Below, piece after piece: positions 48,751 to 57,280 of a DNA stretch of 64,000 nt (the first letter of the stretch is position 1; each line of letters opens with the position of its first letter). The notes beneath the pieces were generated by a model, which saw only the letters and a program-made list of their open reading frames with translations, ran no database searches and was not told the DNA's origin. A program made the translations under genes and the position numbers. Origin of the DNA: Alphaproteobacteria bacterium (GTDB lineage: Bacteria > Pseudomonadota > Alphaproteobacteria > RF32 > CAG-239); NCBI GenBank assembly GCA_017467515.1, contig JAFUSU010000028.1, positions 41,735 through 105,734 on the forward strand, in the 5' to 3' direction.

Positions 48751-49773
48751 TTAAGAACCCAAAGTTCCCTTAACCAATAAGTCCGGACGCTTACAAATCG
48801 GTAGCGGGTTGGATTGCGTTTGAATATCAACGCCACGCTCGAAGTCTTGTAACTTCTGTTTTGCGTAATATGGCTGACCGATTGTATTAACGGCTTCGAT
48901 ATAGTCTGCCGGAGCGAATACTGTTTCGAATACGTTTCGCGTGCCTAGCGGCAAGAAGACGGCTTCATTATCTGGAATGAAACGCAATGTTGAGCCTGCC
49001 GCATTGGTTGCGCTGCCTTCGTATTCAATAAAGCGAATGCCGTTAAATACAAAGCCATAACGCAAATCCTCACGATACGGAGTAGCGCCTTGGTAGGCGT
49101 TGAACGCATCCTTCATGCTGGCGTGTTGAACGATGGCTTCAAAAAAGTTGCCAGAACACAAGCATAAAATTCCGCTCATAACTTCGCCTTTGAGGTTTTT
49201 CTCAATATAGCGCTTTACATCACGGAGTTTTTGGTCGATCTTGGTATTTGCCGAAGACGTATTAAAAGCCTGTGTATGTTGTGTAATGCCGAAAGTGCTA
49301 AACAAGTCAACAAGAGTTGTGCCGGATCCGTCTTTTACAACACCCTGCAAAGCGCAACAACGCATATACTCAAGAGTGATTTCGTGTTTAGCTTTCATTT
49401 CGGCCAGTTTATCATTAACTACATCCTGGACTGCTTCCATTTCGTCGGCTTCACCGAATTTACGGATATTTTGAACGTCTGCCGCTTTAATGGTATCGTT
49501 CAAAACAAAACTCGGAATTGCCAAAGAAACAAGATCGCGCTTGCCGGATGTATTAACCGAGCCAGGAGCGCCGCGGTCTGTTGCACTCAAAACGTTCAAA
49601 ACGCCGTTTTTACGTTCAACGAGAACGCTGGTTGTGGCGACGCCTTTTTCCTTGAAAATGCCGAGTTCATTAACGGCTCCGTATTGTGTAGGGATGACGT
49701 TAATTGCGTCGGTCATTGCTGAGGTTGAAAAGGCGGGATTATTATTAAAAATATCTGCTAAAAGTTTAGGCAT
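48751..49773 (-). CDS. Major capsid protein, lambda gpE family
   Basis: MPKLLADIFNNNPAFSTSAMTDAINVIPTQYG matches the Phage_cap_E N-terminus. The start was set at the Met immediately after the decoration gene stop. Confidence 0.85.
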   Translation of the reverse strand: MPKLLADIFNNNPAFSTSAMTDAINVIPTQYGAVNELGIFKEKGVATTSVLVERKNGVLNVLSATDRGAPGSVNTSGKRDLVSLAIPSFVLNDTIKAADVQNIRKFGEADEMEAVQDVVNDKLAEMKAKHEITLEYMRCCALQGVVKDGSGTTLVDLFSTFGITQHTQAFNTSSANTKIDQKLRDVKRYIEKNLKGEVMSGILCLCSGNFFEAIVQHASMKDAFNAYQGATPYREDLRYGFVFNGIRFIEYEGSATNAAGSTLRFIPDNEAVFLPLGTRNVFETVFAPADYIEAVNTIGQPYYAKQKLQDFERGVDIQTQSNPLPICKRPDLLVKGTLGS

Positions 49774-49774
49774 A

Positions 49775-50173
49775 TTATTCCCCCTTTCTCGCAACGATGC
49801 CCAATGCCGCCAAGCCGGATTTAGCTTTGGCGATTGCTGTTTCATCGTCAAACGAATATTTAAGTTTATTTTCCGCTACAATTGCGTGACGAGCGACGAC
49901 AAGTCCTGCGACATCTGCGCTGGTTGCGTCAACGTCTTTAATTAAAACGGCGGCCGGAGTTCCGTAAACGGCAGCGGTTGCACTTTGACCTGTGCCGGAT
50001 GCCGCTGTAAATGATAAAGGCTGATATTTTCCGGTTGAACTGTCAATTTCTAAAACGGCACCAGCTTTTAATTTGCCGGATCCGCTTTTGATTGTGACTG
50101 ATTCGCGGGAATATTCTTGAACCTCGTATTTTACAACGTCGCCGATATAGTTTCCTTCACTATATGTTGTCAT
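49775..50173 (-). CDS. Head decoration protein (gpD-like)
   Basis: Size, position before the capsid gene and gpD-like sequence. Confidence 0.65.
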   Translation of the reverse strand: MTTYSEGNYIGDVVKYEVQEYSRESVTIKSGSGKLKAGAVLEIDSSTGKYQPLSFTAASGTGQSATAAVYGTPAAVLIKDVDATSADVAGLVVARHAIVAENKLKYSFDDETAIAKAKSGLAALGIVARKGE

Positions 50174-50185
50174 GTTCTATTTCCT

Positions 50186-51193
50186 TTATTTTTTGCAATA
50201 GACCTCTTTGGCGCGTTCGGCCAAGGTTTTTGCTTTGGTTTGAGTTGAAACTCCGCGGGTGTTGTTAACGCCGTTGAAGTTTTGGGTTCTTTTTGCGAGG
50301 ATTGCCGAGCGAATTTCTGCAAAAGATTTTTTGGATTTGCAAAAACTGCGGGCTTCCGAGATAGACATTCCGGCTACTTCACAAAGGCTTAAAATGGCGT
50401 CGGTGCGAGAAATGGAACGCTTCGAGTTCTTACGCTCTTTGTCGTCTTCTTCGTCGTCGTTTCTGTTTTCGTTTTCTTCGCCGTCGTCGCCGTTGCGATC
50501 GTCTTCGTTTTCGCCTGGAGTTGCGTTTTCTTGGTCGTCATCCTCTTGTGAACGAGCGGCGTCTTCTTCGATTTCGTCTTCGAACTCGTCGATTTCGTCG
50601 CGTTTCTTGGCTCTTTTAACCATTGATTTCTCCTTAATTTCGCTGCGATTAACAATAACGCATTCGCTTGTCAACGCTTCCGCGCGGACGTTAGCCTTTG
50701 CATCCGCTGGAATTGTCACAGCACTCAACTCCATCGGTGTCCATTTTACAGCGCGATAAATTTGGTTGCCGTCTTCGACGTAAACCTCATACATTTCGAC
50801 TGTATATCCTACTGAAATATTGCGAATAATACCCTGCGCGACCAGGTTCCATACGCGGTCGATTTGTTCATCGTCCCTGCCGAACCGGATAATGGCGCGA
50901 CCTTCGCCTTTTTCTTCGTCAATCCATGCCTTTTCAACAACGCCCAAAATGGAGCCGAGGTCCCAGGAGGCGTGCATTGATAAAAACGGCGCGTTGCCGG
51001 AATTTAGGCGCTCCATATTTATGGCTTTTTCGCTGACTTCTAATTCTTCTATATACGAGCCTTCAAAACTCCATTGTGTGGCTCTTGCGCCTGTCGTCCA
51101 TACGATTTCAATCGTGCGTTCTTCTGCGTTAACGCTTTCGGGCGCGACAAATGCGCGGCGTTTCAATTCGGGAAGTTTCTTTTTATCTGTCAT
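50186..51193 (-). CDS. Prohead protease (HK97/U35-S78 type) fused to an acidic scaffold-like tail
   Basis: It has the N-terminal protease pattern (...PFLSMHASWD...SVGY...ELSAVTIPAD) followed by a D/E-rich region. Confidence 0.7.
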   Translation of the reverse strand: MTDKKKLPELKRRAFVAPESVNAEERTIEIVWTTGARATQWSFEGSYIEELEVSEKAINMERLNSGNAPFLSMHASWDLGSILGVVEKAWIDEEKGEGRAIIRFGRDDEQIDRVWNLVAQGIIRNISVGYTVEMYEVYVEDGNQIYRAVKWTPMELSAVTIPADAKANVRAEALTSECVIVNRSEIKEKSMVKRAKKRDEIDEFEDEIEEDAARSQEDDDQENATPGENEDDRNGDDGEENENRNDDEEDDKERKNSKRSISRTDAILSLCEVAGMSISEARSFCKSKKSFAEIRSAILAKRTQNFNGVNNTRGVSTQTKAKTLAERAKEVYCKK

Positions 51194-51282
51194 AACAAAG
51201 TTTCCTTTTGCTCTGTATCGTCAAAAATGACTTTATGGTTTCAATATAAATTCCTTGAATATAAATGTTCAAAAAATTTTTT

Positions 51283-52737
51283 TTAATTTTTTTCTATATC
51301 CTCGCTTGAGTTTGGCTCCGGTGCGCCGCGACCATTTGTCGGATCAATAGAAAATACTAGGCCGAGGCTTGCTGCACGGTCCGCGTCGGCCGCGATTTGT
51401 TTATCAACTTCGGCTGCGTCACCGCCGTTTTCTGATATAATCTGCGAGCGAGAGGCAAAACCGCACAAAACTTTTTCTTTTTCGGCCGCGACTTCCTGTT
51501 GCGGATTGACGTATGCCCAGCCTGCAGGCTGAAAATGTGCTGCGTGGAAGGCGTCCGGATTGTCGGCGTATTCTGTCACGTCAATATCAAGTTCGCCGCT
51601 TAAAACGACGGCCTCGACAAAGCGTTCCCAAATCCGGCGCAGGACTTGGTGGATTAAGCGGTCTTGCTCTTGTCGGTGTTTGCGTTGAGTTATGTTTAAC
51701 CCCATTCGTGAACTTGAAAAATTCGTTTTCGACATATCGTTGGCGAATTCCTCATAAGTCAACTGCACCGCGTTGGCGATTAATCGTAAATTTTGCGCCA
51801 TAAACGGCTCGTAAGAACTGCCGCTTTCGGTGGTTGGATTAAACTTTATGTCTTCGCCTGGCGCCAGCGTGGTAATGGTGCCGGTTGTCAATTCGGCGAT
51901 TGCTTCGCCTGGTCCGGCATCTTCGTCTTCGTCGTCAGAGTTAAGGGCGCCGTCCGGCGTCGGCGTGGTTACAAATCCGGCCAGCATTGCCGAAAGTTTC
52001 TTTTTTGCGAGTTCCGCTTCGTCATACTCCAGCATTTCGCGCGATTTCAAAAGAACGGCGAAGGCTTCAGGCACGCCGCGAACCTGTCCCGCCCATAATG
52101 GCTTAAAATAGTGACAAATTTCGTCTGCCGGAACTTCGACGGTGTCGGTGGCGTTGGTTGGGATGAGGCTTTCGTTCGGATTGTCGCGGTATAAAATAAA
52201 CGACTTTCGGTGTCCCATTTTATCAAACCGCACACCTGCAATAACGCGCTCGTTGGTGCCGGAGTCGTAAAAATTCTCATCGATTTTTACCTGTTCGGCC
52301 GGTATAATTTGCAATTTTAGCGGTATGCGGCCGCTGTTATCCGGTATAAACCGAATAAAGACTTCGCCTGCTTCCCAGCGTTCGCGAACGGCCAAGGAAA
52401 GGAGGCTTTTTAGATTGTGGACGCCTTCGAGATCACAATGGTTTTGCCACCAATTCCAAAGCGCGACGATTTTTTCGCAATAATCGCAGTCGTCATGGCG
52501 CGGCAAAACGCGGATTCCTGGTCCCACGATATTACTGGCGATTGTTTCGTATGCGCCGTTCATATATCCGAAGTTTCGCGTTAAATCGCGCGATTTGCGG
52601 CGCATTTCCTCAACTGAATAAACGATTAGCGTATTCGGACCGGCGCTGGTTACTTTCCACGCCCTCATGCGGCCGCGACTTGAAGTGCCGAACGCCGGAT
52701 CAGAAAAAAAGCGTTTTAATCTTTTTCTTAAACTCAT
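51283..52737 (-). CDS. Portal protein, lambda gpB family
   Basis: Size, order (W-portal-protease) and lambda-type portal sequence. Confidence 0.85.
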   Translation of the reverse strand: MSLRKRLKRFFSDPAFGTSSRGRMRAWKVTSAGPNTLIVYSVEEMRRKSRDLTRNFGYMNGAYETIASNIVGPGIRVLPRHDDCDYCEKIVALWNWWQNHCDLEGVHNLKSLLSLAVRERWEAGEVFIRFIPDNSGRIPLKLQIIPAEQVKIDENFYDSGTNERVIAGVRFDKMGHRKSFILYRDNPNESLIPTNATDTVEVPADEICHYFKPLWAGQVRGVPEAFAVLLKSREMLEYDEAELAKKKLSAMLAGFVTTPTPDGALNSDDEDEDAGPGEAIAELTTGTITTLAPGEDIKFNPTTESGSSYEPFMAQNLRLIANAVQLTYEEFANDMSKTNFSSSRMGLNITQRKHRQEQDRLIHQVLRRIWERFVEAVVLSGELDIDVTEYADNPDAFHAAHFQPAGWAYVNPQQEVAAEKEKVLCGFASRSQIISENGGDAAEVDKQIAADADRAASLGLVFSIDPTNGRGAPEPNSSEDIEKN

Positions 52738-52962
52738 TTATAACCCCCTGTGGGTAACTGTTTTAATTATGCGGGTTTTCTTTACGCCGAGTTCGGCATC
52801 AATGGCGTCAATGGCGGCTTTTATGTCGTCAAGACTGCGAAATGTAACGCTTTTTCCGTTGTGGCTGATGGTTGCGGTGCCGCTGGTGTATGCGTTGAAT
52901 AGTTTTTTTCGCCGTGCCTTCAAATCGGCGATTTCTTCCTCTGATAAATTTTTATTTGCCAT
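52738..52962 (-). CDS. Head-tail joining protein gpW-like
   Basis: It is 74 aa. The pattern ...ISHNGKSVTFRSLDDIKAAIDAIDAELG is like lambda W. Confidence 0.65.
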   Translation of the reverse strand: MANKNLSEEEIADLKARRKKLFNAYTSGTATISHNGKSVTFRSLDDIKAAIDAIDAELGVKKTRIIKTVTHRGL

Positions 52963-53093
52963 GGTCTTTCCCTCGGTTTTGCCGTTCTAAAACTATTTTA
53001 GGCAAATTATACGCAAATGTTCAAAAAAAATTTTTTATATATTGACTTTTGGTCTTTTTTGTGGTTAAAATTTTGGCGTAAAGTCAATTTTGA

Positions 53094-53164
53094 CGGACAG
53101 TAGCTCAGTTGGATAGAGTGCCGGAACGTGCGGCGTGTCGAAGGTTCAAGTCCTTCCTGTCCGA
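53094..53164 (+). ncRNA. tRNA-like element 1 (Arg-ACG-like, defective anticodon arm)
   Basis: It has a perfect acceptor stem (CGGACAG/CTGTCCG), a D arm identical in type to tRNA-Arg and a T arm GAAGG-TTCAAGT-CCTTC. The anticodon arm has only a 4-bp stem with loop GAACGTG (A33, T37). The total length is 71 nt and no CCA is encoded. TTGACT at 53042 is promoter-like. Confidence 0.45.
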
Positions 53165-53306
53165 ACCGCCCCTTGGATTTGCCAAGGTGGGAACTCGCGA
53201 GAGTTGGTTTCCGGTTGTTGCGCTTGCGCTGATGGCGTTTGCGTTCCATGACTAAAAAAACCGGTGTCTTTTGGGAATAATTTTTCTTGCAGAAAGAAAA
53301 ATCCCG

Positions 53307-53367
53307 CGCGTTGCTTGGCGATAGGTTCCGTATGGTTCACTAGTGGGTTCAATTCCCATCGACGCGT
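53307..53367 (+). ncRNA. tRNA-like element 2 (acceptor/T-arm minihelix, 61 nt)
   Basis: It has acceptor CGCGTTG/CGACGCG and T arm GTGGG-TTCAATT-CCCAT. Only about 29 nt lie in between, and they have no D or anticodon arm fold. Confidence 0.35.
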
Positions 53368-53377
53368 GATTTACTTT

Positions 53378-53446
53378 CGGATCGTGGCCAAATGTTAAGG
53401 CGCGTGCGACTGTAACGAATTGCGGGTTCAAACCCCGCCGATCCGA
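53378..53446 (+). ncRNA. tRNA-like element 3 (69 nt, no foldable anticodon stem)
   Basis: It has acceptor CGGATCG/CGATCCG, a 3-bp D stem and T arm GCGGG-TTCAAAC-CCCGC. The anticodon region CGTGCGACTGTAACGAATT does not pair. Confidence 0.4.
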
Positions 53447-53612
53447 CTTATGAACAAAACTTGAAGGAGCGTCGGTCGGCTCGGTTGCAAACGAAATGAC
53501 CGGCAGGGGAAACGCCGAGCGGTTGCAAACGTCCGGCGTTTTTCTTTGTGAAAAAATATAAAATAGTTCTTGACTTTTAATTTTTCCGTGTTTATTTTAT
53601 GCACAGTTTTGA

Positions 53613-53689
53613 CGCGGGGTAGAGCAGCTCGGTAGCTTACCAGGCTCATAACCTGGGGGTCGGTGGTTCAAATCCACCCCCCGCAACCA
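53613..53689 (+). tRNA. Phage-encoded initiator tRNA-fMet (CAU), 77 nt, CCA encoded
   Basis: It has the C1-A72 mismatch, anticodon loop CTCATAA, a self-consistent 27-43 pairing and T loop TTCAAAT. A promoter-like TTGACT lies at 53570, and a terminator follows directly. Confidence 0.9.
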
Positions 53690-53698
53690 TAAAAGCGA

Positions 53699-53728
53699 AA
53701 GGTGTCGAATTCGACACCTTTGTTTTTT
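53699..53728. terminator. Bidirectional terminator (18-nt perfect palindrome GGTGTCGAATTCGACACC)
   Basis: The palindrome is followed by a T-run on + and preceded by an A-run. It serves tRNA-fMet (+) and the 49-aa ORF (-). Confidence 0.8.
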
Positions 53729-53876
53729 ATTCTGAAATGCTGTATGCTTGGCAGGCTGGCTCATATCCGCGCTCGCACCGAACTTTATTTTCCCAAACAT
53801 CGCCAATTATCAAAAGAAAATATAAAAACGCAAAAAATGCTATTAATGAAATGAAATCTAAAATATTTTTAATCAT
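53727..53876 (-). CDS. 49-aa hydrophobic peptide (below the ORF-track cutoff)
   Basis: Hand translation gives MIKNILDFISLIAFFAFLYFLLIIGDVWENKVRCERGYEPACQAYSISE. An AAGG lies 11 nt upstream and the ORF ends at the terminator. Confidence 0.4.
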   Translation of the reverse strand: MIKNILDFISLIAFFAFLYFLLIIGDVWENKVRCERGYEPACQAYSISE

Positions 53877-53917
53877 GTTCTTATGCCTTTTCTAGAGGTC
53901 CCCTCAATCCGTGAGGT

Positions 53918-53994
53918 GTCGGGAGCTAGAAACACGCATAAGATCGTGCGAAGTTATTTCCCTTAAAGGGTCTTGTATTCCTTGCACTCCCGAC
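53918..53994. ncRNA. Structured hairpin element A (paralogue of 54129-54209)
   Basis: It has an 8-bp closing stem GTCGGGAG/CTCCCGAC. It shares the internal blocks AGTTATT(T)CCCT and TTGTATTCCT.GC with element B. Its 5' side also pairs with 54044-54066. Confidence 0.45.
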
Positions 53995-54128
53995 GTAAAT
54001 CGGCATAAAAAAATCCGCTTAATCTTTCGGGGCGGGATATCCGTCTTATGTATGAGTTTCTAGCTCGATTTGAATATTACCGCCCAAAGGTTAAAAACCA
54101 GTTAACAAAATAATTTTATTTCAAAAAA

Positions 54129-54209
54129 GCACGTCGGGAGTTGAAGCCGCCGGTCATAGCGTGGAGTTATTCCCTTTTTCTCGGTTTTGTATTCCTCGCG
54201 CTCCCGTGC
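54129..54209. ncRNA. Structured hairpin element B, flanked by an A-run and a T-run (terminator-like on both strands)
   Basis: The closing stem is GCACG(tc)GGGAG/CTCCCGTGC. It lies immediately 3' of the 71-aa ORF on the - strand. Confidence 0.45.
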
Positions 54210-54213
54210 TTTT

Positions 54214-54429
54214 TTATTTATCCAGCTTTTCTTTGGCTTTTCTTTGCTCGATTTGTGGTCTGAAATGATCTAATATTCCGGATAATATCAAAGCTAAGAC
54301 TAGCCATAAAATAATGCCGGTCCATAAAAAATTTATTTTATCAAAATATAAAAGCGGTAAAATAACAAATAACCCGATAAAAGCGACCGCGCCTTCGAGT
54401 GTTTCGTTTTTCTTCTGATCTTCTGCCAT
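54214..54429 (-). CDS. 71-aa two-TM membrane peptide (moron; holin-like or exclusion-like)
   Basis: It has two hydrophobic helices and AT-rich composition. A candidate promoter of its own, containing the TTGACTTTT motifs, lies at 54486-54505. Confidence 0.5.
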   Translation of the reverse strand: MAEDQKKNETLEGAVAFIGLFVILPLLYFDKINFLWTGIILWLVLALILSGILDHFRPQIEQRKAKEKLDK

Positions 54430-54521
54430 AGTTTTGACCCTTTATAATAAATTGACCCTACTATGAATATAACCTTGAAGTATAGAAAAGTCAATAAAAA
54501 GTCAAAAATGACTTTGTTTTT

Positions 54522-56450
54522 CTACGCAAACCGCGCAACAACGCGGCGGCGCTTGCGTTTCTGTAAGATTTTCGGCTTGGGGATATCCTCAACGTTGACT
54601 TCCGGATTAGCTTCGACGGCCTCGCGGACTTTTTCGGCGTATTCCTGCCGCGCCAGCATTTTTTCCCACCGACGCCTTAAATCCAGACCGGAGAGCTTCA
54701 AACCTTCAAGAGCGGCGAGTGAATAACCGAATATGTCGAGGGCTTCGTTGCGCTTGCGTCCTGGACGCAGGGCGTAATATCTTATTTTTCGGCCTTTACT
54801 GTATGAAGTTTTCGCTTCTTCGGCTGTTAATTGCACAAAGTGGTTTTCGTCGTAACTCATGTTGAAGTGACAATATCCGGCGGCGCCTTGATCTTCAATT
54901 TTTAGTCGCGAATAAATGACGTCTTTGACTGTATCGGTGCCGACTAAAAAGAATTCTAGGTTTGTTTTACGGAGTTTTCCTGGCGCCTTTTTAAAAATCG
55001 GCCGCCCTTCGCCTGGCATACCTTTGACCGCCCACACGCGCCGGTTCCATCGTTCTTTGCAAAAATTTCCAACCTGTTGCGTTAAATATCCGCTATCTAT
55101 ACAGCAGGCCGATATTGTCATTTCACCGGTTAAATCGTGTTTTATCGGCGTTTGTAATAGTTCGTCGAGTTCGTCCCAAACACGGGGCGCGGATGGGTCG
55201 CCGTATAAAACAACTTTGCCGAGGCCGTAACTTTGATTTTTGGCCGTCCATCCGATTCGTTCAACTTCCAGTCGGTCATCCTGGACGTCGACGCCGGAAG
55301 TTATAACAACAACTTCAACCGGTGCTGTTTCGTATGTTTCGCGACGTGCGACCAGTTTATCTTCTTCGACGCGCTCGCCTTTATCTTCCCAAACTTCGCC
55401 AAGCGAGGTATTAACAAACGTCTTTAATGCTTCCGGATCATCTTTGGCATCAAGGAATGCGCGGACGATTTCTTCTAACTTTACCCAGGGTGAGTATCCT
55501 TCCCAAAGTGCAAAACCGGCGTGTCCGTGAAAAGGCTTTGTTGCTCGCCATTCGCCTTGACCGATGGCGTGCCACCGCTCGACGTCATTCCAAAGTGTGC
55601 CGCAATGTTCGCAAGCATAAGCGGCGGTTTCCGGCCTGCCGTTTCCGGCGTCGTCTTTTTCCCATTTTACCTGCGCCCAGGTCAAACGTTGCATTTCGCC
55701 GCAATGCGGACATGGCACAAAATAAAACCGCATATCCGAATTTTTGAATGACGCGTCAATTTTACTTATGCCGGAAATCGTCGGCGTTGAACATTTGATT
55801 ATTTTTTTATTCCAGAAGGTCGTTGCGCGCTTCATTGCGAGTTTTATCGGGTCGCCTTCCTTGCCTGCCGATAGCGGATAACGGTCTACTTCGTCCATAA
55901 AAACAATTCTTATCGGGCGGCTGGCTAATCCCGCCGGAGAGTTCGCGCCGACCATTGTTATGTGGCCGCCTGGGAATGATTTATGAAGAACTGTGTTGCC
56001 GGTGTCTTTACCTTCCGCAACTTTGCCCTGCAGACACGGCGTGTCGCGGAGCATTGGTGCTAGTCGGTCTGTTGACCAGCTTTTAGCGACGTCTTCGGTC
56101 GGTTGTAATAATAGCATTGGACACGGGTCTTTATCAATGAAAAAACCGACAGCGTTATTTATTATTTCGGTTTTGCCGACCTGCGCCGACGCGACAATGG
56201 TTATTTCGTCGCAGTTAATATCCGATATTGCATCCATTATTCCGCGCTGGTATTCGGCGCGGCTGGTCTGCCATTGCCCTGGCTCCGCTGAACTTTCCGA
56301 AGACAATATGCGATTTTCGTCCGCCCACTCTGATATTGTTTGGCGTGGCGGAAGTTCTAAACCTTTAAGAAACCCCTCGCAAAAGGTTTTAACGCCTTCG
56401 AAGACTAACCATTCGTCCGAGTATTGTTCTAACGCATTTGTCGCACTCAT
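54522..56450 (-). CDS. Terminase large subunit, lambda GpA family
   Basis: The GpA N-terminal pattern (TISEWADENRILSSESSAEPGQWQTSRAEYQRGIMDAISD), Walker A-like QVGKTE and size. Confidence 0.9.
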   Translation of the reverse strand: MSATNALEQYSDEWLVFEGVKTFCEGFLKGLELPPRQTISEWADENRILSSESSAEPGQWQTSRAEYQRGIMDAISDINCDEITIVASAQVGKTEIINNAVGFFIDKDPCPMLLLQPTEDVAKSWSTDRLAPMLRDTPCLQGKVAEGKDTGNTVLHKSFPGGHITMVGANSPAGLASRPIRIVFMDEVDRYPLSAGKEGDPIKLAMKRATTFWNKKIIKCSTPTISGISKIDASFKNSDMRFYFVPCPHCGEMQRLTWAQVKWEKDDAGNGRPETAAYACEHCGTLWNDVERWHAIGQGEWRATKPFHGHAGFALWEGYSPWVKLEEIVRAFLDAKDDPEALKTFVNTSLGEVWEDKGERVEEDKLVARRETYETAPVEVVVITSGVDVQDDRLEVERIGWTAKNQSYGLGKVVLYGDPSAPRVWDELDELLQTPIKHDLTGEMTISACCIDSGYLTQQVGNFCKERWNRRVWAVKGMPGEGRPIFKKAPGKLRKTNLEFFLVGTDTVKDVIYSRLKIEDQGAAGYCHFNMSYDENHFVQLTAEEAKTSYSKGRKIRYYALRPGRKRNEALDIFGYSLAALEGLKLSGLDLRRRWEKMLARQEYAEKVREAVEANPEVNVEDIPKPKILQKRKRRRVVARFA

Positions 56451-56628
56451 TACGAATTAACCTCTTTACTGCTTTTTCGTTATCCTCTGCGGAAACTTTC
56501 GCGGCCAGCCTGGACGGCATTCCGGCGAGTGTATCGCGTAACAAACGCCCAAGGTCAAACGCGGCGTGTCCGCTTTCTTCTTTGTCGATAATTTTTCCCA
56601 GTCGTTCTTCGTATTCAATTTTCTTCAA
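56389..56628 (-). pseudogene. Partial paralogue of the small-terminase C-terminal domain
   Basis: KLKKIEYEERLGKIIDKEESGHAAFDLGRLLRDTLAGMPSRLAAKV parallels RLKKVEFEEKMGKIISKAGAEKAAFGVARILREKLKALPNRLAPKV in 56708-57280. The homology continues upstream across an in-frame TGA, and the 3' end overlaps the terL start. Confidence 0.5.
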
Positions 56629-56652
56629 CTTCCCTTCATATTCTGCTCAGTC

Positions 56653-56661
56653 GGGGGGGGG
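56653..56661. repeat. G9/C9 homopolymer tract
   Basis: Nine consecutive G on the + strand lie between terS and its partial paralogue. Confidence 0.9.
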
Positions 56662-56707
56662 TAGCGCGTTTGGAAGTTCCGGCGGCGCCATGTCCGAAGC
56701 GTCAAAA

Positions 56708-57280
56708 TCAAGTGATAAGGTCGGCGATGGCTGCTTGAATTTCCTTGATGACACTTTCCACCTCGTTTGTTAGCGTTATAAAATTTTTCTTTTGGTCCGT
56801 TTCGACTGTTACCTTTGGCGCGAGCCGGTTCGGTAAAGCCTTTAATTTCTCGCGCAGTATCCGCGCAACGCCGAACGCCGCCTTTTCTGCGCCTGCCTTG
56901 CTGATTATTTTTCCCATTTTTTCCTCAAACTCGACCTTCTTAAGCCGTGCCGTATAACTTTCTTTAACGGCACGGCTTTTTTGATAGGCGCTTGAACTGG
57001 AGTGTGAACCGGTGCCGTCGTCTTCGGACGCCGGTCCACCCCCTTGTAATGCCATCCCGACTGACTGGGCAGTTCGTCCGTCGGCGCGTGGCATTGTCTT
57101 CGACGGGTCATTAGCCGGATCAGCCGTCGTTGCAATTTTTTGCAACGAGGCTTCAAGTTCCACCATTTCGCGGCCGTCTTGCTTTGTCAAAACGACGCGC
57201 CCGCGCTTTATAAGCGCCGACACATACTGGTGCGACCGGTTAATTTTCCGTGCAAATTCACTCTTGGTTATAACTGTCAT
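56708..57280 (-). CDS. Terminase small subunit, Nu1-like
   Basis: It has an N-terminal wHTH (MTVITKSEFARKINRSHQYVSALIKRGRVVL) and lies upstream of the GpA terminase. Confidence 0.7.
   Translation of the reverse strand: MTVITKSEFARKINRSHQYVSALIKRGRVVLTKQDGREMVELEASLQKIATTADPANDPSKTMPRADGRTAQSVGMALQGGGPASEDDGTGSHSSSSAYQKSRAVKESYTARLKKVEFEEKMGKIISKAGAEKAAFGVARILREKLKALPNRLAPKVTVETDQKKNFITLTNEVESVIKEIQAAIADLIT

Noticed and set aside
50259-50759. A 166-aa Ser-rich ORF on the + strand.
   Set aside because: It is the antisense frame of the acidic (GAA/GAC-rich) scaffold tail of the prohead protease gene, so it is a compositional artefact.
53007-53806. ORFs of 68-80 aa on the - strand across the tRNA and tRNA-like island.
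   Set aside because: They run antisense through tRNA-type structures, lack RBSs and have Arg/Pro/Ser-rich translations. They are treated as spurious.
56629-56652. The in-frame TGA inside the terS-paralogue homology, considered as evidence for stop-codon reassignment.
   Set aside because: Neighbouring well-supported genes terminate normally at TGA (terS itself and the o-spanin). All long phage ORFs close with standard stops, so a decayed duplication is the simpler reading.
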